Below are positions 12,602 through 22,005 of a stretch of 64,000 bases of DNA, in pieces (the first letter of the stretch is position 1; each line of letters begins with the position of its first letter). Origin of the DNA: Terriglobia bacterium (GTDB taxonomy: Bacteria > Acidobacteriota > Terriglobia > JAJPHL01); NCBI GenBank assembly GCA_963747095.1, contig CAVVEL010000009.1:202868-266867 (forward strand). Direction: 5' to 3'. The position numbers and the translations under genes are program-made. The notes beneath the pieces were generated by a model, which saw nothing but the letters and a program-made list of their open reading frames with translations, had not been told where the DNA came from and did no database searches.

Positions 12602-13005
12602 AGGAAAGCGGTCAGGGCGGGCGGCGGAGTATTTCTCGTTTTCCGCCCCACCACCAAACCTGATACTAATCCTATCACCAGCGCCGGGATCGCGAACATC
12701 AGGATGCGCAGCCACTCGAAATCCTGTTCTTCGAAGAAAGCTTCGGAATGCTCGGCGATGTCGTCGGCCAGTTGCGGATCGAGATAGGGAAGTTCAGCGT
12801 GGAAGGTCTTGCCGTTTTTGTAGCGGCCGCTAACGGTGAGACCGTGGATGTCGAGTCGATCGAGTTGATCGCCGTCCAGGTCGCGCAGGAACTGCGAGTA
12901 GCCGATCTGGTCGGCAGCCGCCACGCGCCGCAACTCCAGCCAGATGCCCCCGGTAACGCCGAGCAGCAACAACACCAGGATCGCGACTTTGGTGACCAGA
13001 TTCAC
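12547..13005 (-). CDS. stand-alone FtsH extracellular-domain-like membrane protein
   Basis: TM helix, IGYSQFLRDLDGDQLDRLDIHGLTVSGRYKNGKTF, second TM helix; GTGA overlap with the citrate synthase stop; no AAA or protease domain. Confidence 0.7.
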   Translation of the reverse strand: MNLVTKVAILVLLLLGVTGGIWLELRRVAAADQIGYSQFLRDLDGDQLDRLDIHGLTVSGRYKNGKTFHAELPYLDPQLADDIAEHSEAFFEEQDFEWLRILMFAIPALVIGLVSGLVVGRKTRNTPPPALTAFLWMNATFSTKPRSPSQPR

Positions 13006-14138
13006 CCGCGGTCCGCCAGCGGCACCCACACTTGGCCATCCGGCGGCCCGATGTATTCGGCGCGCGGGCGGATCAGGCGGTTGTGGCGAAGTTGCTCCAG
13101 CACGTGGGCGGTCCAGCCGGAAATGCGGCTGACCGCGAAGATCGGCGTATACAAATCAATCGGGATGCCCAACACATAGTAGGTGGAGGCGGAGTAGAAA
13201 TCCACGTTGGCGTTGAGGCCTTTTTCTTTCTTGATGTACTTCTCCACGGCTTCGGAAATGCGGAACCATTTCAGATCGCCGGTTTCGCGGCCCAGCGCTT
13301 CGGACATTTTGCGCAGGTGCGTGGCGCGGGGGTCTTCGGTGTGGTAGACGCGGTGTCCGAAGCCGGAGATCTTCTTTTTGTCGGCCAGCATCTTGGTCAC
13401 GCCGGCCAGGGCTGCCTGCTTGTCGGAAAATTGCAGCAGCAGCTTCATCACGGCTTCGTTGGCCCCGCCGTGCAACGGACCCTTCAACGCGCCGATGCCG
13501 GAAACCACCGCCGAATGGACGTCGGAGAGCGTCGCCGCGGTGACCCGGGCGGCAAATGTGGAAGCGTTCAATTCATGATCGGCGTGCAGCACCAGGGCCA
13601 AGTCCATGGCGCGCTCCGCGTGGGGTCCCGGCGCTTGGCCGGTGAGCATTTCCAAAAACGCCGCGGCATGGCTGGCCGAAGGGCTGGCCTGCACCGGCTC
13701 CTTCCCGGTTCGCAAGCGATGGAAACACGCCACCAGCGCGGCAATCTGCGAGGTCAGGCGGATGGCTTTGCGCTGATTGGCGGCGTCGGACATGTCCGCG
13801 GCGTCGGCGTCGTAGTGGCTGAGCATGGACACGCCGGTCCGCAGCACGTCCATGGGGATGCCGTGGGGTAATTCGCGCAGGAACTTCACCACCGGCGCGG
13901 GCAGTTGGCGTTCCGCGGCCAGTTGCTCCTTCAAATCGGCGAGTTGCCGGCGGTTGGGCAGCTTGCCGTACCATAACAGGTAGGCCGTTTCTTCGAAGCT
14001 GGCGCTAACCGCCAGAGTATGAATATTGAAGCCGCGATAACTAAGAATGCCCTTGTTGCCGTCGATGTAACAAATGGAAGACTCGCCCGCAACCACGTCT
14101 TCCAGTCCTTCTTTGAAAGTCGCTTCGACCATTGCCAT
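13002..14138 (-). CDS. citrate synthase / 2-methylcitrate synthase (short type)
   Basis: HADHELNASTF, GPLHGGANE, GFGHRVY and NVDFYSA motifs. Confidence 0.95.
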   Translation of the reverse strand: MAMVEATFKEGLEDVVAGESSICYIDGNKGILSYRGFNIHTLAVSASFEETAYLLWYGKLPNRRQLADLKEQLAAERQLPAPVVKFLRELPHGIPMDVLRTGVSMLSHYDADAADMSDAANQRKAIRLTSQIAALVACFHRLRTGKEPVQASPSASHAAAFLEMLTGQAPGPHAERAMDLALVLHADHELNASTFAARVTAATLSDVHSAVVSGIGALKGPLHGGANEAVMKLLLQFSDKQAALAGVTKMLADKKKISGFGHRVYHTEDPRATHLRKMSEALGRETGDLKWFRISEAVEKYIKKEKGLNANVDFYSASTYYVLGIPIDLYTPIFAVSRISGWTAHVLEQLRHNRLIRPRAEYIGPPDGQVWVPLADRG

Positions 14139-14266
14139 CGCTCCCGATGCCGGTATCTCGCGCCAGCTGAAAAACTACATTGACTAATCTAGCATGGAAC
14201 GGAATCAGGAGATGCGCTGCGACTTGGCCGCGGGGCCCTGGGACGAATTGTCCTAGCGCGCCGGGC

Positions 14267-14406
14267 ATGAGCCGCGACAGTTATGGAGCGACGGAGCCCT
14301 GGAATGTCTTGAACGCTAGCCCGAAAACACTGCGTTTGCGTTGGGTGTCTTCGTGCAGACCTTCGACCCTGGCCACGGTGTCCGCTGCTCCACTGTCGCG
14401 GCTCAT
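14267..14406. repeat. REP doublet (REPIN-like), family R2
   Basis: ATGAGCCGCGACAGT ... ACTGTCGCGGCTCAT; arms and spacer similar to 29629-29780. Confidence 0.8.
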
Positions 14407-14421
14407 CCTCGCGCTACTAAG

Positions 14422-15050
14422 CTAGGGCACCGTAATCTTGTTCAAGGTGCTGGCCATCTTGCCATCCATGTCCTGTCCCACGGCGACCAGGCGATAGACG
14501 CCCGGCACAGCATCCAGAACCAACGAGGCGTTCACACCTTCAGCCTTAATGGTATTCAATCTGCCGTCGCTTAGCGCAAATTCCAGGAGGCCTTCTTTAG
14601 CCGAGACCAGCTTGCCGTCCTCATCCAGGACCGCGGCCACCAGCGTCAGTTTCTGCGCATGGCCGTTGTTGCGCATGGCGAATGGCAGATCTTTGACGTC
14701 GGTGTGCAGCATCACGGTGATGCTGGTCTTGCCTTTGGGCAGCTTGGTGTCGGCCTGGAGTCCCACGGTAAACGGGAACTCCGCGACCGTCTCCGGGTGT
14801 CGCGCACCGCCACTCCCACCGGCACGAGCAGCATGTCGCTGGGCGGCGCACCTGCCACATAGGGGCGGCTGGAGACGCGCACCTCCTGCTCCAATGTCCT
14901 CGACTCCAAGAGCGCTTTCCGCGAAGTTTCCCCTTCCACCGGGCCGGCCTCTGTGCTGCCCGCCGTCCGGGTTGTGCGGCGGCGGCAATCGTGCTAGTTA
15001 AAATCAGGAAGGTGATTGCGGCCGAGCGCCCGCCGCGTCCCGGTTGTTCG
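14422..15050 (-). pseudogene. frameshifted secreted protein resembling the C-terminal beta domain of acidobacterial VWA proteins
   Basis: The signal-like AAITFLILTSTIAAAAQ, a middle segment and the C-terminal LTLVAAVLDEDGK...PGVYRLVAVGQD lie in three different frames; 5' limit approximate. Confidence 0.5.
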
Positions 15051-15159
15051 TTGCGGTAAGACGATATCATGTACCTCCAAGGAATCGGAAGGAATTGTAT
15101 CGCAACAAGAGGCTGCCGACACCATCCGATGCGAACGAGATGTTATCGTATCCCGGCAG

Positions 15160-16095
15160 CTAATTCTCCGGCAGCATGTACCCTTTACTGGCCAGCACGC
15201 GCGCGTTAGGGATGCGCTTCTTGGCTTCTTTAGTGAGGTCCAACTTGATCTCGCGATATTCCCCGGGCTTGCCTTGCGGCATCGGATAGTACAGCGCGTA
15301 ACGCTGCCGGATGCCCTGCATCATGCGTTGAAAGCCCGGGCCAGCGCCGCCTTCCTGGTCCGCCACCAGCGCTTCGCCGCCGGTCTTCTCGATGACGTTC
15401 TTAAGTGTGCCGCGCTCGGTGGTCCGGTTGTAGCGCCGGAAGTCTTCCACGCCCGGCGGATCGGGAATGATCAATTCGGCCAGCAGGGCGTTGGCCTGCC
15501 AATAGTGATCGAGAAGCTCCTTGTCCTTCATGGTGCGCTCGCCGTCATCGTCGCTGATCACCAGCACGGCGCGGCGGCGATCCGTCTTCGGCTGGTTGAT
15601 GAAGAATCGCGCCACGGCGTCGGCGGCGTCCTGGATCATCGTTCCGCCGCCGTAGTGGATGCTCAGCAAGTCCCATTCCAGGATGGTCTGGACGGCGTGC
15701 AAATCGGTGGTGAAGGTTTGCAGCGTGCGGGTGCGGTCGTGGAAGGTCCACACCGCCACGCGATCTCCCTTGCGCAGTTCGCCGAGAGCCGCCCCGGCCG
15801 TCGAGATGGCCTCCTGCACCTTGGGACGCATGCTCCCGCTGATATCGAACAGCAGGACGATGTCCAGCGGCTCGGCGCTCAGTGAGAAGTGCTGGACGGC
15901 CACGGGATGACCATTGTCGAACAGCAAAAAATCTTCTTTGGTCAGGCCCGGAACGTTGCGCTTGCCGTCGTTGACCTGGGCGTCCACGCGCACTTCCGCT
16001 ACGCCGGTGCGGAAGGTCGGTGTTTCTTGCGGAGTCTCCTGCGCCGCAGCCAGGCAAGCGAACAGGAGGCCCGAGGCTAGGAGGGTACGCTTCAT
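15160..16095 (-). CDS. VWA domain protein, acidobacterial type
   Basis: Signal peptide, TFRTGVAEVRVD, DISGSM and ISDDDG. Confidence 0.9.
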   Translation of the reverse strand: MKRTLLASGLLFACLAAAQETPQETPTFRTGVAEVRVDAQVNDGKRNVPGLTKEDFLLFDNGHPVAVQHFSLSAEPLDIVLLFDISGSMRPKVQEAISTAGAALGELRKGDRVAVWTFHDRTRTLQTFTTDLHAVQTILEWDLLSIHYGGGTMIQDAADAVARFFINQPKTDRRRAVLVISDDDGERTMKDKELLDHYWQANALLAELIIPDPPGVEDFRRYNRTTERGTLKNVIEKTGGEALVADQEGGAGPGFQRMMQGIRQRYALYYPMPQGKPGEYREIKLDLTKEAKKRIPNARVLASKGYMLPEN

Positions 16096-16158
16096 TTGAT
16101 TTGTCCAGAGGAATCCATTCTACACCGGGGTGTGCGGACCTTGGAAGACGGGACACAC

Positions 16159-16500
16159 TCACGACGCGCGAGGAAAAAAAGCCTCCTCCACCGCTTTCGG
16201 ATTATTCTCGATGACCAATAGGTAGGCGCGTGCGGCGCTATCCGGTATCCGGCGACCCTGCTCCCAGTCTTGCAAGGACCGCGGATTGAAACCATAGCGG
16301 CTCGCGAAATCCGCCTGGGAGAGGCCCGTCTTCTCGCGCACGCGGCAAACGTCCACTGCGGGCGGCACGTTATACACCTTGATCCGCCCTTTGAGTTGGC
16401 CCCGCTCGAAGGCGACGGCTTGGCGAAGGCCTCGCACGAGCGATCTCCCGAATGACGTCGCTGTCGGGCTCCGCCGTTTCCTTGCTGGTTTCCTGGTCAT
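16159..16500 (-). CDS. HigA-like XRE helix-turn-helix antitoxin
   Basis: VREKTGLSQADFASRYGFNPRSLQDWEQGRRIP. Confidence 0.9.
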   Translation of the reverse strand: MTRKPARKRRSPTATSFGRSLVRGLRQAVAFERGQLKGRIKVYNVPPAVDVCRVREKTGLSQADFASRYGFNPRSLQDWEQGRRIPDSAARAYLLVIENNPKAVEEAFFPRAS

Positions 16501-16825
16501 GGCTGATTCTCTCCCTTCAGCGCGTTAACCGCGCCGAGAACGGCCCTTTTTTGCGCGGGTGTTAGGTCCGCCTGTTCCGTCTTCGAATAGATCCAGAGCA
16601 AATAGACCGTACTTTTCACGACAACATACAAGTAGATGATTCGAACACCGCCGCGTTTGCCGATGTTGCCGCGTCCCCATCGAACCTTGCGAATGCCCTT
16701 CAGCCCCGGAATAACCTTGCCGGACTCCGGATTGGCGCCGATGTAATCAGCGAACTCGGCCTGTTCCGCTCCCGAGAGCAGCCATCGGCTCGCGCGAGAA
16801 ATTCCGGAAGCGCAACGACTCTCAT
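16497..16825 (-). CDS. RelE/HigB family toxin, one base short near 16785-16800
   Basis: Not in the track. Manual translation MRVVALPEF...LLSGAEQAEFADYIGANPESGKVIPGLKGIRKVRWGRGNIGKRGGVRIIY; ATGA overlap with the antitoxin; span 329 nt. Confidence 0.85.
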
Positions 16826-16963
16826 CTTCTTGGCGAACCCAGAAGCCTATTCTACGGCATCGCCGTATAGGATTGCAATGGAGACCTCACAAAGGCCAAA
16901 CGCCGCGGCGCTCTTTCGAGGCGCTGCGGCGTTCGTTACGAACGGACTTCGCGGTCTTCCCGG

Positions 16964-17830
16964 CTAAGCAGCCTTCTGGGCCGCCATTGGGGATATATCT
17001 TCGCGGAAGATTTTCATGTCCTTGACGATACCGACAAAGCTGAGCAGTTTGAGGATCATCCAGGTGATGTCGTACTCCCACCACTTGTAACCCTGGCGGC
17101 AAGAGGACATGCAGTAGTGATGATTGTTGTGCCAGCCCTCGCCCATGGTGATGATCGCCAGCAGCGGGTTGTTGCGGCTCTCGCTCTGGGTGGCCCAGCG
17201 CTTGGTGCCGAACAGGTGCGAGAACGAGTTGATGGTGAACGTGCCATGCCACAACAGAACGGTGGAGAAAAAGTATCCCCACAGCAGCAAGGGCCAGCCG
17301 CCGATCAGATACATGGCTACGGCGTACGTTACAGTGGGGACGATGTGATACTTGTTCAGCCAGCGCAGTTCGGGATACTTGTAGAAATCCGCGATCAAGC
17401 GGGGATCGTAGGTATCATATTCGTCGCCCAGGATCCAGCCCACGTGCGAGTAGTAGATGGTGTGCCACCAGGGAGAATGGATATCCGGCTCCTGGTCGGA
17501 GTAGCGGTGGTGATGACGATGATTGGCCGCCCACCACAGGATGCCCTTCTGGGCGGACGTTTCGGCCAGGAAGCCCATCAGGAATGCGCTGACGCGATTC
17601 AGCTTGTAACTACGATGACTGAAGTAGCGATGGTATCCGGCGGTCACGGCAAACATGCGCAGAGCGTAGGAGCCGAGCAGCCACCAAACCAAGCCCTTCC
17701 GATAAGGAGTCCAGATCAGGCCCAATAGCATCAGGTGCACGCCAAAGAACAGCAAGGGCGAGGTGTTGGAGAAATAGGTCCTCCAGATGGAGCGCGTGGA
17801 GCGATCGGGAACCGCGATCTGTGTGGTCAC
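16964..17830 (-). CDS. delta-9 acyl-CoA/acyl-lipid desaturase
   Basis: Histidine boxes HRYFSH, HRHHH and GEGWHNNHH. Confidence 0.95.
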   Translation of the reverse strand: MTTQIAVPDRSTRSIWRTYFSNTSPLLFFGVHLMLLGLIWTPYRKGLVWWLLGSYALRMFAVTAGYHRYFSHRSYKLNRVSAFLMGFLAETSAQKGILWWAANHRHHHRYSDQEPDIHSPWWHTIYYSHVGWILGDEYDTYDPRLIADFYKYPELRWLNKYHIVPTVTYAVAMYLIGGWPLLLWGYFFSTVLLWHGTFTINSFSHLFGTKRWATQSESRNNPLLAIITMGEGWHNNHHYCMSSCRQGYKWWEYDITWMILKLLSFVGIVKDMKIFREDISPMAAQKAA

Positions 17831-17999
17831 AATTTGATCGTAGCAAGGACCACGGTACTCGTCTGTAATACTTGTGTAATGTCGAAGTTTACGGGCAAAT
17901 CGGAGGGAAAAGGCCTACTTACCAATGTGGCACAAATGGGTGTAGGCCCGAATGCTCGCCGGCGCTTGCCACAATGTGCTCTTCTGTCACCATTGGTTC

Positions 18000-18230
18000 A
18001 TGAGGATCACGATTGAGATTCCCGACGCCACCTTCCGGGAACTGAAGATGTTCACGGCCGAGTGCGGCATCAGCATGAAGGAATTTGTGGTGCGGGCCGT
18101 GCAGGAGCGGCTTGCGAGAGTCCGGCGAGAACGTAGGCACCGGCGCGGCGTCAAGCTGCCTTTGATTCCTAAGATACTCACCGGAACGATTCCCCCGAAG
18201 ACGAATGCGGACGTCGAGTTGCTTGACTGA
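18000..18230 (+). CDS. ribbon-helix-helix antitoxin-like protein with no adjacent toxin
   Basis: MRITIEIPDATFRELKMFTAECGISMKEFVVRAV ... VKLPLI. Confidence 0.75.
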   Translation: MRITIEIPDATFRELKMFTAECGISMKEFVVRAVQERLARVRRERRHRRGVKLPLIPKILTGTIPPKTNADVELLD

Positions 18231-18302
18231 CCTCGACAACTTAGTACTCCATTTCAGAAGTTCGCTAACGTTTCCCGTGTCGGTGGGGTGTCGAATCCGA
18301 AA

Positions 18303-18489
18303 GGCCAACGCCCTGACCTATGTCAGCCCTGGGCAACGCCCAGGGTTCGAACAGGTGGAATCGCAAAGCCCTGTAGGGACGGCCTAAACGTCCCTAGATC
18401 GCCCCTTCAGGGCTAGGGCATTCACGCTCTAACCCAGGGCTGCGCCCGGGCTGCGCCCTGGGCTAACATAGCTCGCCCCGTTGGGGCTA
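18303..18489. repeat. REP-like composite, family R3
   Basis: AGCCCTGGGCAACGCCCAGGGT, GCCCTGTAGGG, CCCTTCAGGGC and their inverted partners; related to 39403-39606. Confidence 0.75.
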
Positions 18490-18615
18490 ACATCGAAGCA
18501 CTCCGCGGTAGATTACGTGATCGTATTTCTGAAATGGGGCACTTAGCTGGCGGATGGTCCTCTTTTTCGTTAGAGCGGGAGCGATGCGATCCGGGAACTG
18601 CCGCCGCAGCAAGGC

Positions 18616-19155
18616 TCAGTCGGCGCCCTGTAAGCCCAGCCACTTTCCATTGTGAAAATAGTAGGTAATGGAGGCTTTCTCGCAGATGTCCATGTCGATT
18701 CCTTGGTGGTCAATGGGTGGCGGCTTGGGCCCGCCGTAGGCGCGGTAGTGTAGCATGATCACATCTTTTCCGACTGGCATAATCTGCACGTAGCATCGCC
18801 CCTCCGGGTCCGCTGAGCGGTGAACGATGCTCATCTTGTGCGAGTCCCCGCCCCAGAAGACCAGCACGGCCTCCGACTGGCCGGAGTAGTCGCAGACGAC
18901 GGCCCAATCGGTCTGCTTGGCGTGTCGAAACTCCCCGCGGATCGCGTTTACTGGGCGGCGTCGGGTGTGTTCTGGGTCGGGCGGCTGAGGAATCTTGCAC
19001 CCGGCGGACCTGAGTTTGCGTTGGAGATCCACAGGCATCATCGGGAACGCCGAAGCACTCACCGTTTTCGGTGCGGCGTCTTCGCCAACCGGCCAAGCTC
19101 CGAACACGATTGTCGAAGCCAGCAAGCCAAGAGCCGTGATTAGGATGGCCGGCAT
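18616..19155 (-). CDS. hypothetical secreted protein
   Basis: Signal peptide; GCKIPQ, IRGEFRHAKQTDWAV, DHQGID. Confidence 0.7.
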   Translation of the reverse strand: MPAILITALGLLASTIVFGAWPVGEDAAPKTVSASAFPMMPVDLQRKLRSAGCKIPQPPDPEHTRRRPVNAIRGEFRHAKQTDWAVVCDYSGQSEAVLVFWGGDSHKMSIVHRSADPEGRCYVQIMPVGKDVIMLHYRAYGGPKPPPIDHQGIDMDICEKASITYYFHNGKWLGLQGAD

Positions 19156-19167
19156 CTTTGGCGTCGC

Positions 19168-20772
19168 TTAGGGACGCGCCACGGCGCACGAAAAACTCGC
19201 CGCATCGTTGGGATCGCCCGTGCCGTTGTATCGCGCTACCCGCGGATAGGGACATAGCGGACGCGTCAGCTTCTTAGACGGATCGCCGGCCACCGGTCCC
19301 GTGCCGATAATCTTGTCGGGCGCGACCCCCTTTTCCACCCACCGTTCCAGCGCGGAAATCATGTCGTGGTCGGCATCCATAATCGGCGCCGGTCCGGCGT
19401 TTCCGAAGGAGTTAGGTCCCAGGCCTCCGGCACAATGCGCCATCCCCGGCACCATGAACAAACGATAAAAGTCCGGCACCGTTTCGGCGTGGGTGTTTCG
19501 CGGATCCGGATATTTTCCCAGAAACGCCAGTACCTTCTCGTAATACTCGATGGATCCCACCGGCGCTAGCGCCACGTCGCCCCATCCGTGATACTGGATC
19601 AGCTTGCCGCCGTGCGCGCGGAAAGAGCGCAGATCGGGATTGGTGGCGTTGAGAACCACACCGCCCTTCTGATCGCTATACTCGATATCGCTGTCGAAGT
19701 TCAGCTTGCGGAAATCCCAAGTCGGGTCCTCAAACACCGCCTGCCCGAAATAGGTGTTGCCGAACATGAATTGCGGAGTACGATCCGGCACCGCGCCAAT
19801 CACCCAGTTCCAGGATCCCGCCACAGCTTCGGTGCCTGGGGAGAAGCCCGGATAAATCTGCTTGCCGGTGCGCGGATTCTTGGGTCCGGCATAAATTTGC
19901 TTTAGCGCGGCGACCTGCGGCCCGGTGAGGCAATCCGGGCCGTCGGGACCCTTGCAAGTCAGCACCGCGGGATCGAAGTGACAGGCTCGCGGGTCTTCGA
20001 TCAAGCCGTCTTTCAGGCCGTCGAGCGCATCGCAGGCCGCCACCGAGGCTTGCTGAATGGCGGTAAGTTTGGCGGGAGGAATCGCGCTGGCTGCGTCTTT
20101 CAGCAACGCTTGTTCGTCCCACACAAAGCCAGCCACGCCATGCGACCAATTGTAGGCCGGCGCGCCGGCGATGATGCCTTCAAAGTCTTCGGGAAAACGC
20201 TGCGCCTCCATGAGCGCCTCGCGGCCGCCGTCGGAGCAGCCCACAAAGTAATTATGTTGGATGTCCCGGCCATAGAAAGCGTGGACGATGGCCTTCGATT
20301 GCACGCTGGTTTCATGCACCGCGCGATATCCAAAGTCGATGAACTTTTCAGGATGCCCTATCGCCCAGCTGGCACCGGTGAGCGCGCCACCGGCGTGTCC
20401 ATCGTCGGTACCGGCGGCCGCATAGCCGCGCTGCACGGCGAGCGCCAGACTGGCCACCGGAACGGTTCCCGCCCAGCCGCCGTTGCCTGCTTGCTGATAC
20501 CGGCCATTCCACGCGGCCGGCGCCGGCATCCAAACCTCGAAGGTGATTTCCGAGTCGCTGGTGGGCCGGGCCACGGCTTTCACCACGCAGCGTTCCGGCG
20601 CTTGCACCGGCCGGGCGCCTCCGCCGATGGGTCCGGCTGGAAGCGTTTGAGCCGAGGCGATAGTCACCTGCGGCAGTTTCAAGTCCGTAAGTTTCTCGCA
20701 CGGCTGCTGCGCCGGGAGAACGGTGGAGAAAACCAGGGCCAGTGAACCCAAAACAATCCAGCGATGGTACAT
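19168..20772 (-). CDS. tannase/feruloyl esterase family alpha/beta hydrolase
   Basis: GCSDGGRE nucleophile motif, YHGWGD, PGMAHCAGG and RPLCPYP. Confidence 0.93.
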   Translation of the reverse strand: MYHRWIVLGSLALVFSTVLPAQQPCEKLTDLKLPQVTIASAQTLPAGPIGGGARPVQAPERCVVKAVARPTSDSEITFEVWMPAPAAWNGRYQQAGNGGWAGTVPVASLALAVQRGYAAAGTDDGHAGGALTGASWAIGHPEKFIDFGYRAVHETSVQSKAIVHAFYGRDIQHNYFVGCSDGGREALMEAQRFPEDFEGIIAGAPAYNWSHGVAGFVWDEQALLKDAASAIPPAKLTAIQQASVAACDALDGLKDGLIEDPRACHFDPAVLTCKGPDGPDCLTGPQVAALKQIYAGPKNPRTGKQIYPGFSPGTEAVAGSWNWVIGAVPDRTPQFMFGNTYFGQAVFEDPTWDFRKLNFDSDIEYSDQKGGVVLNATNPDLRSFRAHGGKLIQYHGWGDVALAPVGSIEYYEKVLAFLGKYPDPRNTHAETVPDFYRLFMVPGMAHCAGGLGPNSFGNAGPAPIMDADHDMISALERWVEKGVAPDKIIGTGPVAGDPSKKLTRPLCPYPRVARYNGTGDPNDAASFSCAVARP

Positions 20773-20893
20773 AAGGAACCTCCCCAAAACCAAAGTCCCT
20801 AGCACTATACCTCAGTCGGTGTGCCCAAATCTCATTCGATCCCATTCATTCCTCATCTACCTTTTATTAAATCGTTGCGGCGTGGTATTCTAA

Positions 20894-21820
20894 GTGACGA
20901 TGCCGCCAGTAGGTGCAACCTTGCGATTGGCGAACGCCCCAGTCAGTTGGGGCATCACGGAAGTACAGGGCTGCTCGCCGCCCATCCCCTATGCGCGGGT
21001 CCTGGACGAGATCGCCGCCGCCGGCTACCGCGCCACCGAGTTGGGCCCCTACGGCTACTATCCTACCGACGCCGCCAACCTACGCGACCAACTGGCCCGG
21101 CGCAGTCTGCAACTGACTTCCGCGTTCGTGCCCCTGCGGCTCAAGGATCGCGCCGCGGTCGAGGGTTGTCTCACCGAGACGCGCGCCATCGCCCGCTTGC
21201 TGGCCGCGTGCGGCGCGAAGTACCTGGTGCTGGCCGACCACATGTCGCCGGAGCGGATGGCCTGCGCCGGTTGGGCCGCTCAAACCGGCATTGCGCTAAC
21301 CTCTGGCGAATGGAAAACGGTGGCGGAAAGCGTGCGGGCGGTGGCCGCACTCGCCGCCGAACATGGCTTGCGTTGCGTCTTCCATCATCACGTGGGAACG
21401 TATGTGGAAACTCCGCAAGAAGTGGCCACCCTAATGCAAGAAACCAGTTCCCGCGATCTGGCGCTGTGTCTCGACACAGGCCACTATTTCTACGGCGGCG
21501 GCGACCCGGTAGAGGCGGTGCGCCAATATGGTTCGCGAATCGAATATCTTCACTTCAAAGATGTGGATCCGCGGGTGCTCGACGAGGCGCGCCGGGAACG
21601 GGTTGGTTTCCTGGACGGCGTGCGGCGCGGCATCTTCTGCCCGTTGGGCCGCGGCGGCGTGAACTTCCCGGGGTTGAAGCAGGAGTTGAACAACGTCGGC
21701 TTCCAGGGCTGGGCCGTGGTGGAACAAGATATCGACCCCAGCGGCGCCGCGGCATCCGCATCTACTCCGGCTGAAAGCGCGGCAGCCAGCCGGCATTTTC
21801 TGCGCAGCCTGAATTTCTAG
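20894..21820 (+). CDS. IolE-like inosose dehydratase / sugar phosphate isomerase TIM barrel
   Basis: NAPVSWG, HHHVGTYVE, CLDTGH, HFKD and VVEQD motifs. Confidence 0.88.
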   Translation: MTMPPVGATLRLANAPVSWGITEVQGCSPPIPYARVLDEIAAAGYRATELGPYGYYPTDAANLRDQLARRSLQLTSAFVPLRLKDRAAVEGCLTETRAIARLLAACGAKYLVLADHMSPERMACAGWAAQTGIALTSGEWKTVAESVRAVAALAAEHGLRCVFHHHVGTYVETPQEVATLMQETSSRDLALCLDTGHYFYGGGDPVEAVRQYGSRIEYLHFKDVDPRVLDEARRERVGFLDGVRRGIFCPLGRGGVNFPGLKQELNNVGFQGWAVVEQDIDPSGAAASASTPAESAAASRHFLRSLNF

Positions 21821-21850
21821 CTCACATTCCTTAGCAACATTGCCGGCCTA

Positions 21851-21979
21851 TTTGGAGTGCGGCAGCTTGCTGCCGCTTTGCGTTGCCGCAAGCTTGCTTG
21901 CGGCGCGCGGGGCCACGCCCCGCGCTGGCCGAAGCAAGCTTCGGCCCGGAAAAGCGGAAGCAAGCTTCCGCACTCCAAA
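21851..21979. repeat. REP doublet, family R4
   Basis: TTTGGAGTGCGGCAGCTTGCTGCCGCTTT / AAAGCGGAAGCAAGCTTCCGCACTCCAAA with internal palindromes, between convergent genes. Confidence 0.82.
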
Positions 21980-22005
21980 AAAAACGCGCCCTCCATTCAA
22001 AACAG

